Of a stretch of 64,000 nucleotides of DNA, positions 25,476 through 36,896 are shown piece after piece (within the stretch, counting starts at the first letter, position 1; each line of letters begins with the position of its first letter). The stretch covers positions 1,798,001-1,862,000 of the forward strand of contig CM030335.1 in the NCBI GenBank assembly GCA_017654855.1, in the 5' to 3' direction. The position numbers and the translations under genes were made by a program. The notes beneath the pieces were generated by a model that saw nothing but the letters and a program-made list of their open reading frames with translations, was not told the DNA's origin and made no database searches. This stretch comes from Podospora anserina. Taxonomy: Eukaryota.

Positions 25476-26508
25476 ATGCGACCACCCACAATGCGCACCA
25501 CCGCCCTCCAAGCCTACCGAAAAGGCGTCCAATCCCTCACCCGCCCATCAACCACCTCCCGCCTCCTCCCCCCATCAACCACCACCCGACAAGCCTCCTC
25601 AACCACCACCCCCCCAAGACCAAACCCCTACATCCGCAAACCCATCTCCAAACCCCTCACCTCCAAAACCCTCCCCCCAACACCCTCCCCCGCTCCCACC
25701 GCCGAAGAAGAACCCCTCATTCCTGAAGCCCCCCAAACCCACGACCTCGACCCCTCCTTCAACCCCCCTATCCACAACCCCTCCGCCTCCCCCCCCTCCC
25801 AAACCTTCACCACCGCCATCTCCTCCCCCTCCCGCCCCTTTCCCCCCTCCGACTCAGGAATCGACTGGTCCTCCTCCTTCCACGGCCTCAGCACCATCGC
25901 CTTCTCCCCCGAAACCTCCTCCATCCTCATGGCCCCCCTCGACCCGATAGACGTCGAAATGAAGCCAGACGGGATAATCTACCTCCCCGAAATCAAATAC
26001 CGCCGCATCCTCAACCGAGCCTTCGGTCCCGGCGCCTGGGGCCTCGCGCCCCGCGGTGAACTCGTGGTAGGCGAAAAGGTAGTAACGCGGGAATACGCCC
26101 TCGTCGTGCACGGCCGGTAAGCCCCCCTTCCCCTCCCCAAACAAAAGAAATGCTGTGCTGATATGAAATGGAAAAAAAAAAAGATTCGTCGCCCAAGCCC
26201 GCGGAGAATGCCAATACTTTGGCGAAGACAACATCCCCACCGCCGGCGAGGGCTGCAAGTCCAACGCCCTCATGCGCTGCTGCAAAGACCTCGGCATCGC
26301 CTCGGAGCTCTGGGACCCGAGGTTCATCCGCGAGTTCAAAAAGAAGCACTGTCACGAGATCTGGGTCGAGCACGTCGTTAACGGAAAAAAAAGAAAAGTC
26401 TGGACGAGAAAGGACGGCGAGCCCATGTATCCTTACAAGGTCTCCAAGGGGGGTGCCACGACATCGAGTTCATCAGCAAGAAGGGATGATCTTGGGCCGG
26501 TGATATAA
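25476..26508 (+). CDS. MGM101: Mitochondrial genome maintenance protein Mgm101
   Basis: [73 protein letters not shown]; intron ~26117-26183. Confidence 0.95.
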
Positions 26509-26820
26509 AACAGACCGAAAGAAGAATTGTAAGATATGGATGTGTTTGTGAACGATAGACAGCTGCATGGCACATCGATGTTTTCTTGTGAAGTAGATGT
26601 TCATATTATACCAATCACGCTATACACCATGTATTCATGGAGAACAAAGAGACCAAGTCCCGTCTTTTCCTCGCAGCGAAGCTCCTCAGATCTACCTCTG
26701 TAGTGTATTTGTCTTGAAAATAACCAAAAAATCCAACAAAACACAGCACTCCAACCTAACCATAACCAATGATATGAAAATCTCGTTGTTGATCCTGCTG
26801 TTAAAAAGACCATCTCACAT

Positions 26821-28075
26821 CTATTGTCCCCCATCAAACCCCGAGCTCCTCCCCTGCTCCTCCTTCTTCCCACCAGCACCGGCAGTATTCCCCCCCTGTC
26901 CCCAAGCCCACGGCATCCAACCCCCCGTCGAAGTACCCCTCTCCGGCACCTGCCTCCTGTGGACCCTCGGCTCATCCTCCTCCCCACTCTCGGCCTCTAG
27001 CTTTTCAAAATCCTGCTCTGACCGGCTCTTGGACAAACCGCTGGCCGACCCGGGGGACCCATCCTGCGACACCGACCCCAGCCGGTTATCATGCAAAGCT
27101 GCCTGTTCCTCCCGGTCAAGCGCCGACATGACAATGTTGAGTCTCTCTCGCTGAGCTTGAATAAACGACATACGAGCTGAGGCGCCCGCTCCACGGACAG
27201 AAGGGGGGATGATGCTTGACCATGAGTCTGGTCGCTGTTGCTGCGGTGTCGGGGTTGAGGGAGCAGCAGAGGCCGAGGCAGCAGCGGACACGGCCGAGGC
27301 GAGGAAAGAGTAAAAATCCGAGCCGAGGCTGGCGGTGTGAGAAGGGGGTGTTGCGCCTGCTGTGCTGCCCCAGCGGGCGGAGGGGAGGGTGAATTTCGCG
27401 AGGAGGGATTGGGTGTATGACTGCGGAGTTTGAGGTTGGGTAGGTTGAGAGGCGGAAGCGGAGGAGGCAGCGTCGGGGGAAGGGGGGAAGCCGAGGATGT
27501 TGGTTTTGAGGTATTCAATCGCTTGCTTGAGGTAGGCGACACCTGCTGCTTTCAGACGGTCGTGGGCCGAGGCGATGAGTTCCTCGATGGCGGTTTCGTT
27601 TTCTTCGAGTCTCGGGTGGACGTATTCCTCGTAGATGTACCGGGCGCCTTGGGTTTGGGGGAGGACGAGGTAGAGGAGGAAGAAGAAGCGGAGGTAGGCG
27701 TAGAAGGGGATCCTGTTTGGGATGGTTGTTAGGGATGGTTGTTAGGGGATGGTTGTTAGGGGATGGTTGTTAGGGGATGGTTGTTAGGGGATGGTTGAGT
27801 TGGGGGTCAAGGGGGTGGGCGTACCAGCAGAGAAACCACTCGGTCCAGGACTCAACGAGGAGCGCGCAGGCGAGGACAACCCAGTACATGAGCCATGGTG
27901 TAAGTTGGGCTGGGTCGGATGTCTTGAGGGCTTTGTAGCTGGCGAATAACGGGAAGAGGAAGGATGCTATAGAGCTGTTTCGGATCGAGAAGCACTGGTT
28001 AGAGTGCCATGTTCAGATTTGTCTGGCAGAGAGAGCAATGACGTACGAGAGGAGCTTGGCAAATATGTCAAACAT
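26821..28075 (-). CDS. TB2/DP1/HVA22 (REEP/Yop1-like) protein
   Basis: FLFPLFASYKALKT...WLMYWVV...W|IPFYAY...LYLVLPQTQGARYIYEEYVHP; 2 introns. Confidence 0.88.
27721..27797. repeat. Intronic 13-14 bp tandem repeat (GATGGTTGTTAGGG) x5.5
   Basis: Direct read; on the coding strand each unit carries CTAAC. Confidence 0.9.
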
Positions 28076-28858
28076 CCTGGGTAAGTATTACAACAGATCT
28101 CGGCGCAAATCACAGTCGCTGCGTTTGATCTTTGATTCCGAAAGACGGACTGATCCGGTATGTTGGCGATCACCCTTTGATCCGGCGGCTGTCTTGGGGG
28201 AAGTTGGTGTCGCGGGGGGGGTTTGGACGTGAGAAAAGGGCAACAATAGAGAAGGCGATGGCGCCGAAAAGTGGGTAGAGTTGAAGTTAATAAAGAGATG
28301 ACGGGACCCGACCTGATAACATGAGGCCCGGACAAGGCGGTGATCAGCTAGCGGCACGGGCAGCCTGTCGGGCAGCACGAGGCCACCTCAGACATGGAGC
28401 ATACATAAGGTACCTAGCTGGAACAGCTCAGCAGGCCAGCTGCTACCTTACAGTTGGTGTCCTTTCGACTTTTCGAGGTGCTGACGGGAGAGGTAAATGC
28501 GGAGAACCCCACTATTCGGTGCATCCCAAATGCCCGATAAGGCCGATAAGCAACGACGTAATGCGGGGTCGACCACGCTAAAGCCGCGTCTGTCCGGCAC
28601 TGGAAGACACAGACTCCAGCCTCCCGTTCAGCTGATCCATGTCTTATTGTGGCTGGAATGCTCGAGCTATCATCTTCAACATCTCACGCATCTATTTGTC
28701 TCGACCGGAAAATATCATATTTTGATCATTACATGTTCTATTGCTGCCTAGTATGATCATGCTATGAGTGACGCGGCACTGACAGGCCCAACCACATATC
28801 CATCTCCATCGTCATCAACGCGTTGCCAGATGCAAGGGGCACTCTAGTGTACACCGCT

Positions 28859-29986
28859 CTACGCCTTGCGGCCAATACAGCTGTCAAATACATACCCTCT
28901 CCTGCCTTCCCTGGACGCCTTCAACTCGTCATAGAAATCCTTGGCCCACGCCTCCTCACGATGCCTGGGCTTCCACCCCAGCCTCGGCAGCACCGTTCCT
29001 GTCATCGCCTTGTTTCCAGCCCATCCTAACTCGGCCAGGTCCACCATACCCGACCCAACATCGTCAGTGATCTCCTGAAGGCTCTTGAGAACAATTGTCT
29101 TTTCCTTGGGTGTGTCCTCCCGAGGCAGTACCCCCTCAGCAAAGCAAACATCCAGACACCTTTCGAAAATCTCGGTGTGAAGCACCCGCCCGACCGAAGG
29201 GTGGATGATACCGTCCTTGCCCGACGGAATGTACCCAATCCCGCGGTCATACCGTTCCAGAATGATCTTGACCAGGAGAATGTAGGCATCGGCCAGATCC
29301 TCAACGTGAACCCAGTCGAAATTGGCCGTGTCATTCAGCTTGAAGCCGTACCCGTTCATCACGGTATAACGCATCAGAACGGGAACGATGATACCCTGCT
29401 TGTTGAAGAGACCTGTCCCTTCACCAAAGATGGCCGGTGCGTTGAGACTTACAGCGTTCACACCCAGCTCGTCAGCCAGCGTGAGAACGCCAATCTCGGT
29501 TGTCCGCTGCGGCCATGGTCTTCTCTCGTCCTCCTCCTTACACCAGTCATAGGTGGCTCTGCTGTTGGCGTCGTCGAATACACGTCCGGGATGCGCCACT
29601 CCGGTGAGAGGCCTGTCGCCGAGGTTGGTGCAGCCCGAGATATGGAGGATCCATGGGGCAGGTGCCTTGGGCTTCACTCGACGAGCAAGGCCTTTGACAA
29701 AAGCCTTTGCGCCGTCAGCAAAGAAGCCTGAACCAACATTGACAACAATGTCGTAGTTGGCTGCTATCTGTTCGATAAACTCGAGGTCGCTCAGTCCAGG
29801 CCAGCGAATGGTATTGACGCGGTCGCCATAGGTTTCCTTCAGTTTCTGTTCGACATCGTCGGTGCGGGTGAGGGCGTCGATGGTGATGGCCTTGAGGATG
29901 GGTTCTTCGCTCTTGACGAACCGGTCGATGAACGTGCCGCCGACATAACCTGTCGCGCCGGTCAGGAGGATCCTTTCGGTGGCCAT
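28859..29986 (-). CDS. NAD(P)-binding extended/atypical SDR (epimerase/dehydratase family)
   Basis: ILLTGATGYVGG, LHISG, IFGEGTG, WVHVEDLADAY, LGWKP. Confidence 0.88.
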   Translation of the reverse strand: MATERILLTGATGYVGGTFIDRFVKSEEPILKAITIDALTRTDDVEQKLKETYGDRVNTIRWPGLSDLEFIEQIAANYDIVVNVGSGFFADGAKAFVKGLARRVKPKAPAPWILHISGCTNLGDRPLTGVAHPGRVFDDANSRATYDWCKEEDERRPWPQRTTEIGVLTLADELGVNAVSLNAPAIFGEGTGLFNKQGIIVPVLMRYTVMNGYGFKLNDTANFDWVHVEDLADAYILLVKIILERYDRGIGYIPSGKDGIIHPSVGRVLHTEIFERCLDVCFAEGVLPREDTPKEKTIVLKSLQEITDDVGSGMVDLAELGWAGNKAMTGTVLPRLGWKPRHREEAWAKDFYDELKASREGRRGYVFDSCIGRKA

Positions 29987-30584
29987 TTTGATCGTGTGGG
30001 AATTGTTTGAATGTATGGAAAATGGGACTGTGACAGCAAGCAACCTGAGAGGACAACCTCTCTATTCATAGTCGCCCATCTTCCGTATTCGCCCCATCGC
30101 CGGTGGAAGACCGAGGGTCCGTTGCCTCATTGCAGGCCCCCTTCTCCCAGCCCTTGGGTCGTAAACGCAACCCCACGCTACTGCGCAACAGCACCGAAGT
30201 GGTTACGGAAATAGGAAGCAGTGGAGTGGGTAATATGATCTGTTGCAGACTCTGGACCATCAAGGTGCTTCTTTCTGCTGCACTGGAACCGATAACACCC
30301 CACTAGCGGACTCTGGAAACGTGAATGCAGGCACCGCTTACTCGGTTTTGGGAATCCGCTCCAGGGGTTGCGAGGGTCAACAAGGGGTTTTGGGAGTTCG
30401 CCAAGGGGCATCTGTCCAATGGCGGGAACCAACTGGGTTTCATTGCATTGCTGCAGGCTACAACCAGCTCCTGCAGTTGGGGAGGTGTGAGTGATTCCTC
30501 ACCACCGGGTCTTTTCCCGTCCACTTCCGCCCAGACTTTGCGGTCAGTGCCGCGGCTTGTTGATCACATACATTATCAGCTGTG

Positions 30585-30883
30585 CGTAGTATACGAAACG
30601 TCGTTTGTAACCGTGCGTTTTTGCCAAAAGATCTGTAATTAATTAACTTTCCATTACCTTTATATGAAAATTAAAATACCATAATATCTTGTTTTAATTA
30701 CTTTTATTAATTTATTATATTATTATAAGGCTATAATTATATATTTTATTTAGTAATTTTTACTATAATATTAACTTTAAAACTTTTTATATCTATATTC
30801 TAGTTTAAAGGCAAATTATACCGTTATTTCTCTTACTTTTACTCTAGATTATAAATTAAAATATGGTTCTTAAGTTTAATTAT
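30585..30883 (+). mobile_element. Putative DNA-transposon end (TIR-like) followed by RIP-eroded AT-rich sequence
   Basis: 38-bp motif repeated at 31944, followed by an abrupt switch to very AT-rich, TpA-rich sequence. Confidence 0.5.
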
Positions 30884-31919
30884 TGTGACGAACCCCTATC
30901 TAAAACCTTTGAAGAGGATACTAGTCGAAGGCGCTTCTGAACAATCCTAGTTTAGTATAGCTAAACAATGTACAACAGTAGCTTATCTCAATCACAATAG
31001 TCAAGATACCAACGAATGTGACTTGGATTACATACTGCGGAACTATCTGTTTTACACCGGCCAGTTCTTCTGTATATATAGATATCACGGCTGAGAAGAA
31101 GCGGGGTCGCCAGGACCAGTGAGAATAGAGCGACGGATAAGTGGGGCTTGTGGGGCAGGGAATAGCACGGGTCAGTAGATCTAGGAATTAGAAGATAGAT
31201 CCATAGATCTAGGGATTCAGAGCTAGATCAAGAGATCTAGAGTTTAAAAGCTAAATCCAGGGGAATCTAGGAAATAATAGATAGATCCAAGTACGGAGGT
31301 AATTGGAGCCTAAAGTCTATGTATACATGTCACGAATATGATGTGGACACCCGCAAAGAACAACCAATAGGGAAGAGGAGGCACGGCAGCCAATCAAGAG
31401 AAAGGAGGATGGACCAGTAAGAGGTGGATCATCCGGGACATGAAGGAATCATGAGCGATTCCCAGGAATCACTCATGATCCTTAGGAGTCGGTCATGATC
31501 CGGGGAGAAACAGAATGATCCAGGCTTGGCATTAGGTCTATATATACGGAGGAACTAGATAGCTTGCAGATAGTTCCGCAGTATGCAATTCACAGTTGTA
31601 TTCACGGCATCTTGTGTTTACATCGAGATATCTTGTTGTGCACTGTTTAGCTGCACCGAACCAATTGTTAGAAGTTACTTTTAACTAGTATCCCTTTCAG
31701 AGGTTCTGTACAGGGGTTCGTTATATGTTGTGGTTATTTTGTGTGTTTTCTCACCATTTCAATAGACTTCTATCCTCTAGGTACCTCCGTACCTGGCTCA
31801 CCTCTGCCAAGATGTGAGCGCCCCATTGTCCTGCAGCCCCGCTGTTATCTGTTACTTGACTGGTCACCACGGCCTACTGCAGTCCCCACTCTGCCTTGCT
31901 ATATGGTTGGTCTGTGACA
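30884..31919 (-). mobile_element. Solo LTR 1 (crapaud-like), probably split by the insertion of LTR 2
   Basis: Begins TGTGACGAACCCC; 30884-31085 is homologous to the shared half of LTRs 2 and 3; a TGTGACA end sits at 31919. Confidence 0.65.
31328..31725 (+). mobile_element. Solo LTR 2 (crapaud-like)
   Basis: TGTCACG...GGTTCGTTATA (RIP-altered GTCACA); TATATATA at ~31539; 3' half is the reverse complement of 32220-32410. Confidence 0.8.
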
Positions 31920-31935
31920 ATATTGTATTTCCTCT

Positions 31936-32180
31936 ATACGTTCTATACAAAACGTCGTTTATAACCGTACGTTTTTGCTAACAAATTAAAACTATCTAAC
32001 TCGCTACTTAATTAATATAAGACCGAGGATCGATAATTCCATAAAAATAACTTATAATAGACTATATATAATATTCTTTATAATCTCTAAAACTATAATA
32101 ATTTTTTTTCTATTATAATTTAATATGTAATAATATTTACTTATATTAAGATAGTAATAAAAGGATAATATTTAATATTA
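31936..32180 (+). mobile_element. Second TIR-like end plus RIP-eroded AT-rich remnant
   Basis: TACGTTCTATACAAAACGTCGTTTATAACCGTACGTTTTTGC followed by AT-rich sequence. Confidence 0.5.
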
Positions 32181-32219
32181 TGTTACAGCTAAGCCAACGG
32201 GCAAGTTGAACAGTATACA

Positions 32220-32661
32220 TGTGACGAACCCCTGTACAGAACCTCTGAAAGGGATACGGGTTGAAGGTAACTTCTGACAATTGGTTCGGTGCAGCTAAAC
32301 AGTGCACAACAAGATGTCTCAATGTAAACACAAGATACCGTGAATACAATTGTGAATTGCATACTGCGGAACTGTCTATCTACACCAGCCAGTTCCTCCG
32401 TATATATAGATCCTGGGGCCCTGAGGTGCTCGCCCTGCTACGGCCCCGATTACCCATAACACATTGCATCCTGCAAAGTGCTCGTCGTGCTATGCCTCTG
32501 ATCACTCGTAGCATCTTGCATCCTGCAGAGTGCTCGTGTGTCTTGGCGCCATAGCACTTTCGTCCAGCCCTGATTGGCTGTCTCCTGACTTCTCTAATGA
32601 TTGGCTAGGGACGTCCTGCGCCCCACATGTGGCGCGGCCTGCTGTTGGGTTAACTGTGACA
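32220..32661 (-). mobile_element. Solo LTR 3 (crapaud-like)
   Basis: TGTGAC...TGTGACA termini, central TATATATA, half shared with LTRs 1 and 2. Confidence 0.8.
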
Positions 32662-32829
32662 TATTGGTCAGAAGAGGCAAACCTGCACGGCTATGAGTAA
32701 CTAAGGCACTAACATTTATAATATCGCGAAAGAAGAGAAAAGACACGCAAGCACCCTATTCTAAGGTAATGATCATGGGATTGGGAGTCATCCACTATGG
32801 CATGTCCTTAGAACCGGGGGCACCACAGA

Positions 32830-33400
32830 TCATGTACCTATTGGTGGGCGCAACAAAGCCCATACTGAACAGGAACAACTGTAGGGCGGTGGCCTAGTAA
32901 AGTCACTGCCCGCGAAAAGTGAGGGCCAAGAAGGCAAGGAAATTGATTCACAAGTTGATATTACAGTGTTGTTGTTGGTTGTTGAGAGTAAAAGTAAACA
33001 GTAAGAAAAACCAGCCTTAAGAGCAAACCAGGTGTGGGTCTGGTGAAAGGCGGGCCTTTGTAGGCTCCCCACAACAACAAAGTCACCCTGCAACCGCCAG
33101 AGAAGCATTGGAATGGGCAGACCATAGATGTAAATATCCCCTACAATGTCGATGATGTCGTTGGCTTCGAGAAACTGGTGTACACCGACACGGTACGTAA
33201 TAAGCGTAGACCATGTTGGCGATGGATAGGTCAAGAACATTCATGACAACACCCGCCAACATCAAATAAGTATCAAGACCGAGACTGCCTTGATGGTGAT
33301 GGCGAGGCGGCAGGAGATTTGGAGGTCTATTTTTGCCAGGATGGCGATGATAAGAAGCCGATTTTGATTCCGAGTGTGAAGATGGAGATTTTGATTTGAA
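32830..33400 (-). pseudogene. Degenerate PTH11-like rhodopsin-domain gene
   Basis: Fragments GLDTYLMLAG and DIVGDIYIYGLPIPMLLWRLQ in different frames, with stops and large deletions. Confidence 0.55.
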
Positions 33401-34637
33401 CTGGAGACGAAGGGGCTCGGGTAATGTAGCTGGTAGGTAGTAAGCTTGGGGGAGGGTTAGTTGCTAGTCATCTTTGGAGTTCTGGCTAATGATGAAAGTT
33501 TTGATTCATGGAAGGAAAATCAAAGAATATAAAAAAGCGGCACTATGGCTGAAGGGACACGGACGGGTTGGAGATAAATGGGCGTCTACTTCGCTGAAAG
33601 AGAAGGATGCCATGCTTTTTCTTGCGAGGTGGTCTTATCGCAAGGCAATTTGCAGGCAAAAGTTTGATAATACATCGCGATAGCTAGGTAAATCTTCCGT
33701 TGTTTCTTCTCCTTCTAGGAGGCCGGGCGTAGGAGAGATAGAATGGTTTGGGGAGAAGAAAGCAAAGTGCGATGTTGGCTATGTGGTTGGAATCTAGTAT
33801 ATCGTCAATACCAGGGCAACGAGAGGAATAGTTTCTACACCCTTGTGCTTTTTTCCTTCTGGGTTTCTTCTTTTCCTCGGGTGGCTATGTAACGGGGGTA
33901 AAGGGATTGTTGATCTATGGGAGATGTGCTTGTGCCTGGCTGGGGACAGTTGAGTTTGTAAGAGAACCTTGATAACCCTCTCCTTTTCTGACGATAGGAA
34001 GACGATAATACTATGCAGGAGCTGTCCAGCCTCAGCCCATTCGCCCCTCGGTTCGCCTGCCCGCTCGCAAGAGTTCCCTCCTCTCGTTTCTGCAGGTTTG
34101 TGGCACGTCGTTCCTAAACTGCTGGGGTGGTAGGCTACCAGAACGAATAAGGGCTGGGATTGCCGCATCGTGCTGACGGTTTAAGAAGGGGCACTAAAGG
34201 ATGAATATCTTGCTTCTTGGGCATGGCTGGGATCCATGCGGAACTGGTTCCGGCCAATGGGATGGGTGGCCGGGGGGGACTACAACGGAGTGAGGTGTGC
34301 GAGAGCCGGATGTGGTGATTGGATTTGCTTGGGGGTTGTGGATACCCCTGAAGAAGGGGAGTTTGACAGGGAGGTATGGTTGCGGCTGATAACGACATCG
34401 AGAACGTGGGCTTCGCAGTTTATGAGTGGGGGGGGAGGGGGGGGCAGCTGGGGAGTCTCCAGTCCTGGACGTGAGACATTCTTGACAGCGAACTGCTAGT
34501 GGCACGTATGGGCGTTGATTGTTTACCTAAGTGGCACGTTGAAGGTGATAATTCTAAGAGGGACTGTGTCAGTAAACTAAGGCCTGGAACGGTGGTAGAA
34601 ACGCCTCTCGCCTAGGTATCTTAAACGCTTTGGGGTT

Positions 34638-36296
34638 GTGTTGAAAGGTCTATCAACTATTCTCAAAGGCCTATTTACTTTGGAAATTCAAGACCTATCA
34701 ACTATTTTCGAGGAGTTAAAGGAGTTTTCTGATGTGCTGGACGACTACCACAAAGATTTTATCAGACTACCGCAGAGTTTTCTCATCATTAGCTTCTTTG
34801 AGATGGTTGAGACTGGCAATATGGGCCTGGTGCGTCATAATCTTTCCTTTTTCACTGTAATTACTTGTCAGGCGTTCAAAATCGGCACTGGACTGTGGCT
34901 TCCACCCATGCCTGACAGCTATCATACCTACCCAATTGAGCAAGCAATCTGACAAATCAAATCTAGATTGTTAGAGAGTACTCAGCCACGATGGACACGC
35001 AACAGGAGATTGGCAGGCTTGCCGTCTCAGCTGATCACCGTGATATGTTCCGGTTTTCACATGCCGAATGTGACAAGTTCAAGACTTGAAAGTAGCTAGA
35101 GTTTCTGATTGAGGAAGCTATCAATCCCACCTGATAGCCCGCCGCTTGAAGTGGTAAGTCCTCTACGTCAGGATGGAGTTCACGCACGAATTATAACAAT
35201 CGGTGTTTTTCTGACAGATCGGATCAGGAAACGCGAAGCCTTGCTTCAGCGATCTCCGAGGAGATGGCGGTGCAGTATGGAATTTAATTTAGAGGTTTGC
35301 ACAGTCGTCTACAAGAAACCATACACCTCAGCTCAATGCTTCTTTCCTGGGCGCATCAACTGCTGTTGTCGGATCTTCAAACGGCGTATGAGGACATCCT
35401 GTTTGAGCAGGGCTCCCGTTAGCAACGACTTTTGCGCTGGCTGTTCCCCTGTTAGGCTTACGTGTCGACGACCGGAATCCACGTTCATGATCAAAAATAC
35501 TTCGTTGATCATCTGGTCCTTTAAGTAGTACCAAAGCTGATCGGCATTGTACCATGATTCGGACGCCTCAAGCTCCAGATGAGGATAGACGATGTCGGAC
35601 GGGACCAGATCATCTCCATGCGGGGAACGACAGTTGCAAAGAGCTAAGGGCATGTGGCTCACAACAAGCTCCTGTAATGGCCTCCACACACTGGCGTACG
35701 GTACCTCATCAACCAGTATCTGTTGGAACTCTTACCTACTTCACGATATGCCATCGTCTTTTAAGGAGAGTCTCGGCTTTGCTCTCCACGCTTGAGGCGA
35801 ATTCTAGTTTCGGCGCCCTCTTTGGAGATATCTGGTGACATAATAGATGTGATTAGCGGCAACTTCCCACCTTATGACGGTACTACTGTTGTGTTATATG
35901 TTTGTGAATTTATTTCTCACCAACATGTGCCCCCAGAATATGCCTTTTCATTTTCTTGGGTGCCCCACCTGGCCGCTCTTTACGGTGAGTTCTCTGCCGG
36001 CGGATCTTCATTGTCCTGTTAGCTTGCTTCACATGGTAGCGGATCGCAGTCCGATTTGAGAACGGAGATGACATATCACATAGTGTAAACAACTACGGTG
36101 CATGTTTTCAGTTAGGTCATGTGATGTTGCTGCCCTCCTGGGTTTCATTCCCAACCTCATCAATAGCGATGCTGACATTTTCGTAGAATGCAACATATAT
36201 AGCAACTCAGATGCAGGTCAAGGGGTGCATCACTGCATTGCGTCTATGTCTACAGAGGATATATACTTACACAACACTAATTTGATTTACTTTTGA
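34638..36296 (+). pseudogene. Decayed fungal NLR: SesB-like alpha/beta hydrolase, NACHT helical remnant, ankyrin remnant
   Basis: IISFFEMVETGNMGL|IVREYSA...VSADHRDMFRF...KFKT*; MLLSWAHQLLLSDLQTAYEDIL..*QRLLRWL; FENGDDI...YG and LINSDADIFVECNIYSN; multiple stops and frameshifts. Confidence 0.6.
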
Positions 36297-36678
36297 AAAT
36301 CTAGAGAGAGTAATGTGGATTGTGGGGTTGGTGATGACGATAGTAGTGGATGGTAGTGATGATGGTGATGGATGTTGTGGTGGTGATTGTGATAGTGTAG
36401 TGGTGTTGGTGGTGATGATGGAGTTGTCCTGGGAGTGATGATCATCAACAAATAGAACGCAACAGCAGCAACACCAGAGCATCATCAATCATCGTGACTC
36501 AGCCTTCAGCCTCACTGTCGACACATCTACAGTGACGGCGGATGACGGGCCTGTCTGGCAGGCCGAGACAGACAGTAGCAGCAGCAGCAGGAGCAACAAT
36601 ACCAAAACACCAAAAGCCAACCATCACCACCCAACCTCACCACCAACACAAAAGCTCAAAAAAGATATGAGAGAACAA

Positions 36679-36767
36679 CCAGTCAGGTCGGATTCGAACT
36701 GACAACTCCTACCTGCGGTTGAGGTTTTGCTTCTTAGCCTTTTTACTCCCTCCTTCCACCTGGCCGG
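36679..36767 (-). pseudogene. tRNA-like relic 1
   Basis: T-arm GTCAG-TTCGAAT-CCGAC with imperfect acceptor stem CGGCCAG/CTGACTG; no credible D or anticodon arm. Confidence 0.45.
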
Positions 36768-36841
36768 ATCAGCTCTTACTAGTGAGGCTTCAAGGCTTAT
36801 TTGTTGCTTTCCTTATTAAACTCATTCAAGTTTTACTTTGA

Positions 36842-36896
36842 ATGGTACCACTGGGAGTCAAACCCAGAGGGTGGTACCAATTTAGCCACCGGTACC
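36842..36896 (-). pseudogene. tRNA-like relic 2 lacking an anticodon arm
   Basis: Acceptor GGTACCG/TGGTACC+A, A-box TGGCTAAATTGG, T-arm CTGGG-TTTGACT-CCCAG. Confidence 0.5.

Noticed and set aside
31177..31290. CRISPR-like spaced repeats (AGATCTAG...)
   Set aside because: Eukaryotic context; degenerate ~28-bp tandem units within an LTR, with no unique spacers or cas genes.
31726..32219. Simple inversion by recombination between inverted LTRs 2 and 3
   Set aside because: Re-inverting the segment does not restore matching target-site duplications.
35333..35689. 118-aa minus-strand ORF in the island
   Set aside because: The opposite strand carries the NACHT-like motifs; this is likely a shadow.
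36310..36660. GT-rich tract followed by a CA-rich tract as a foldback element
   Set aside because: Only compositional complementarity of low-complexity triplets; no true stem.
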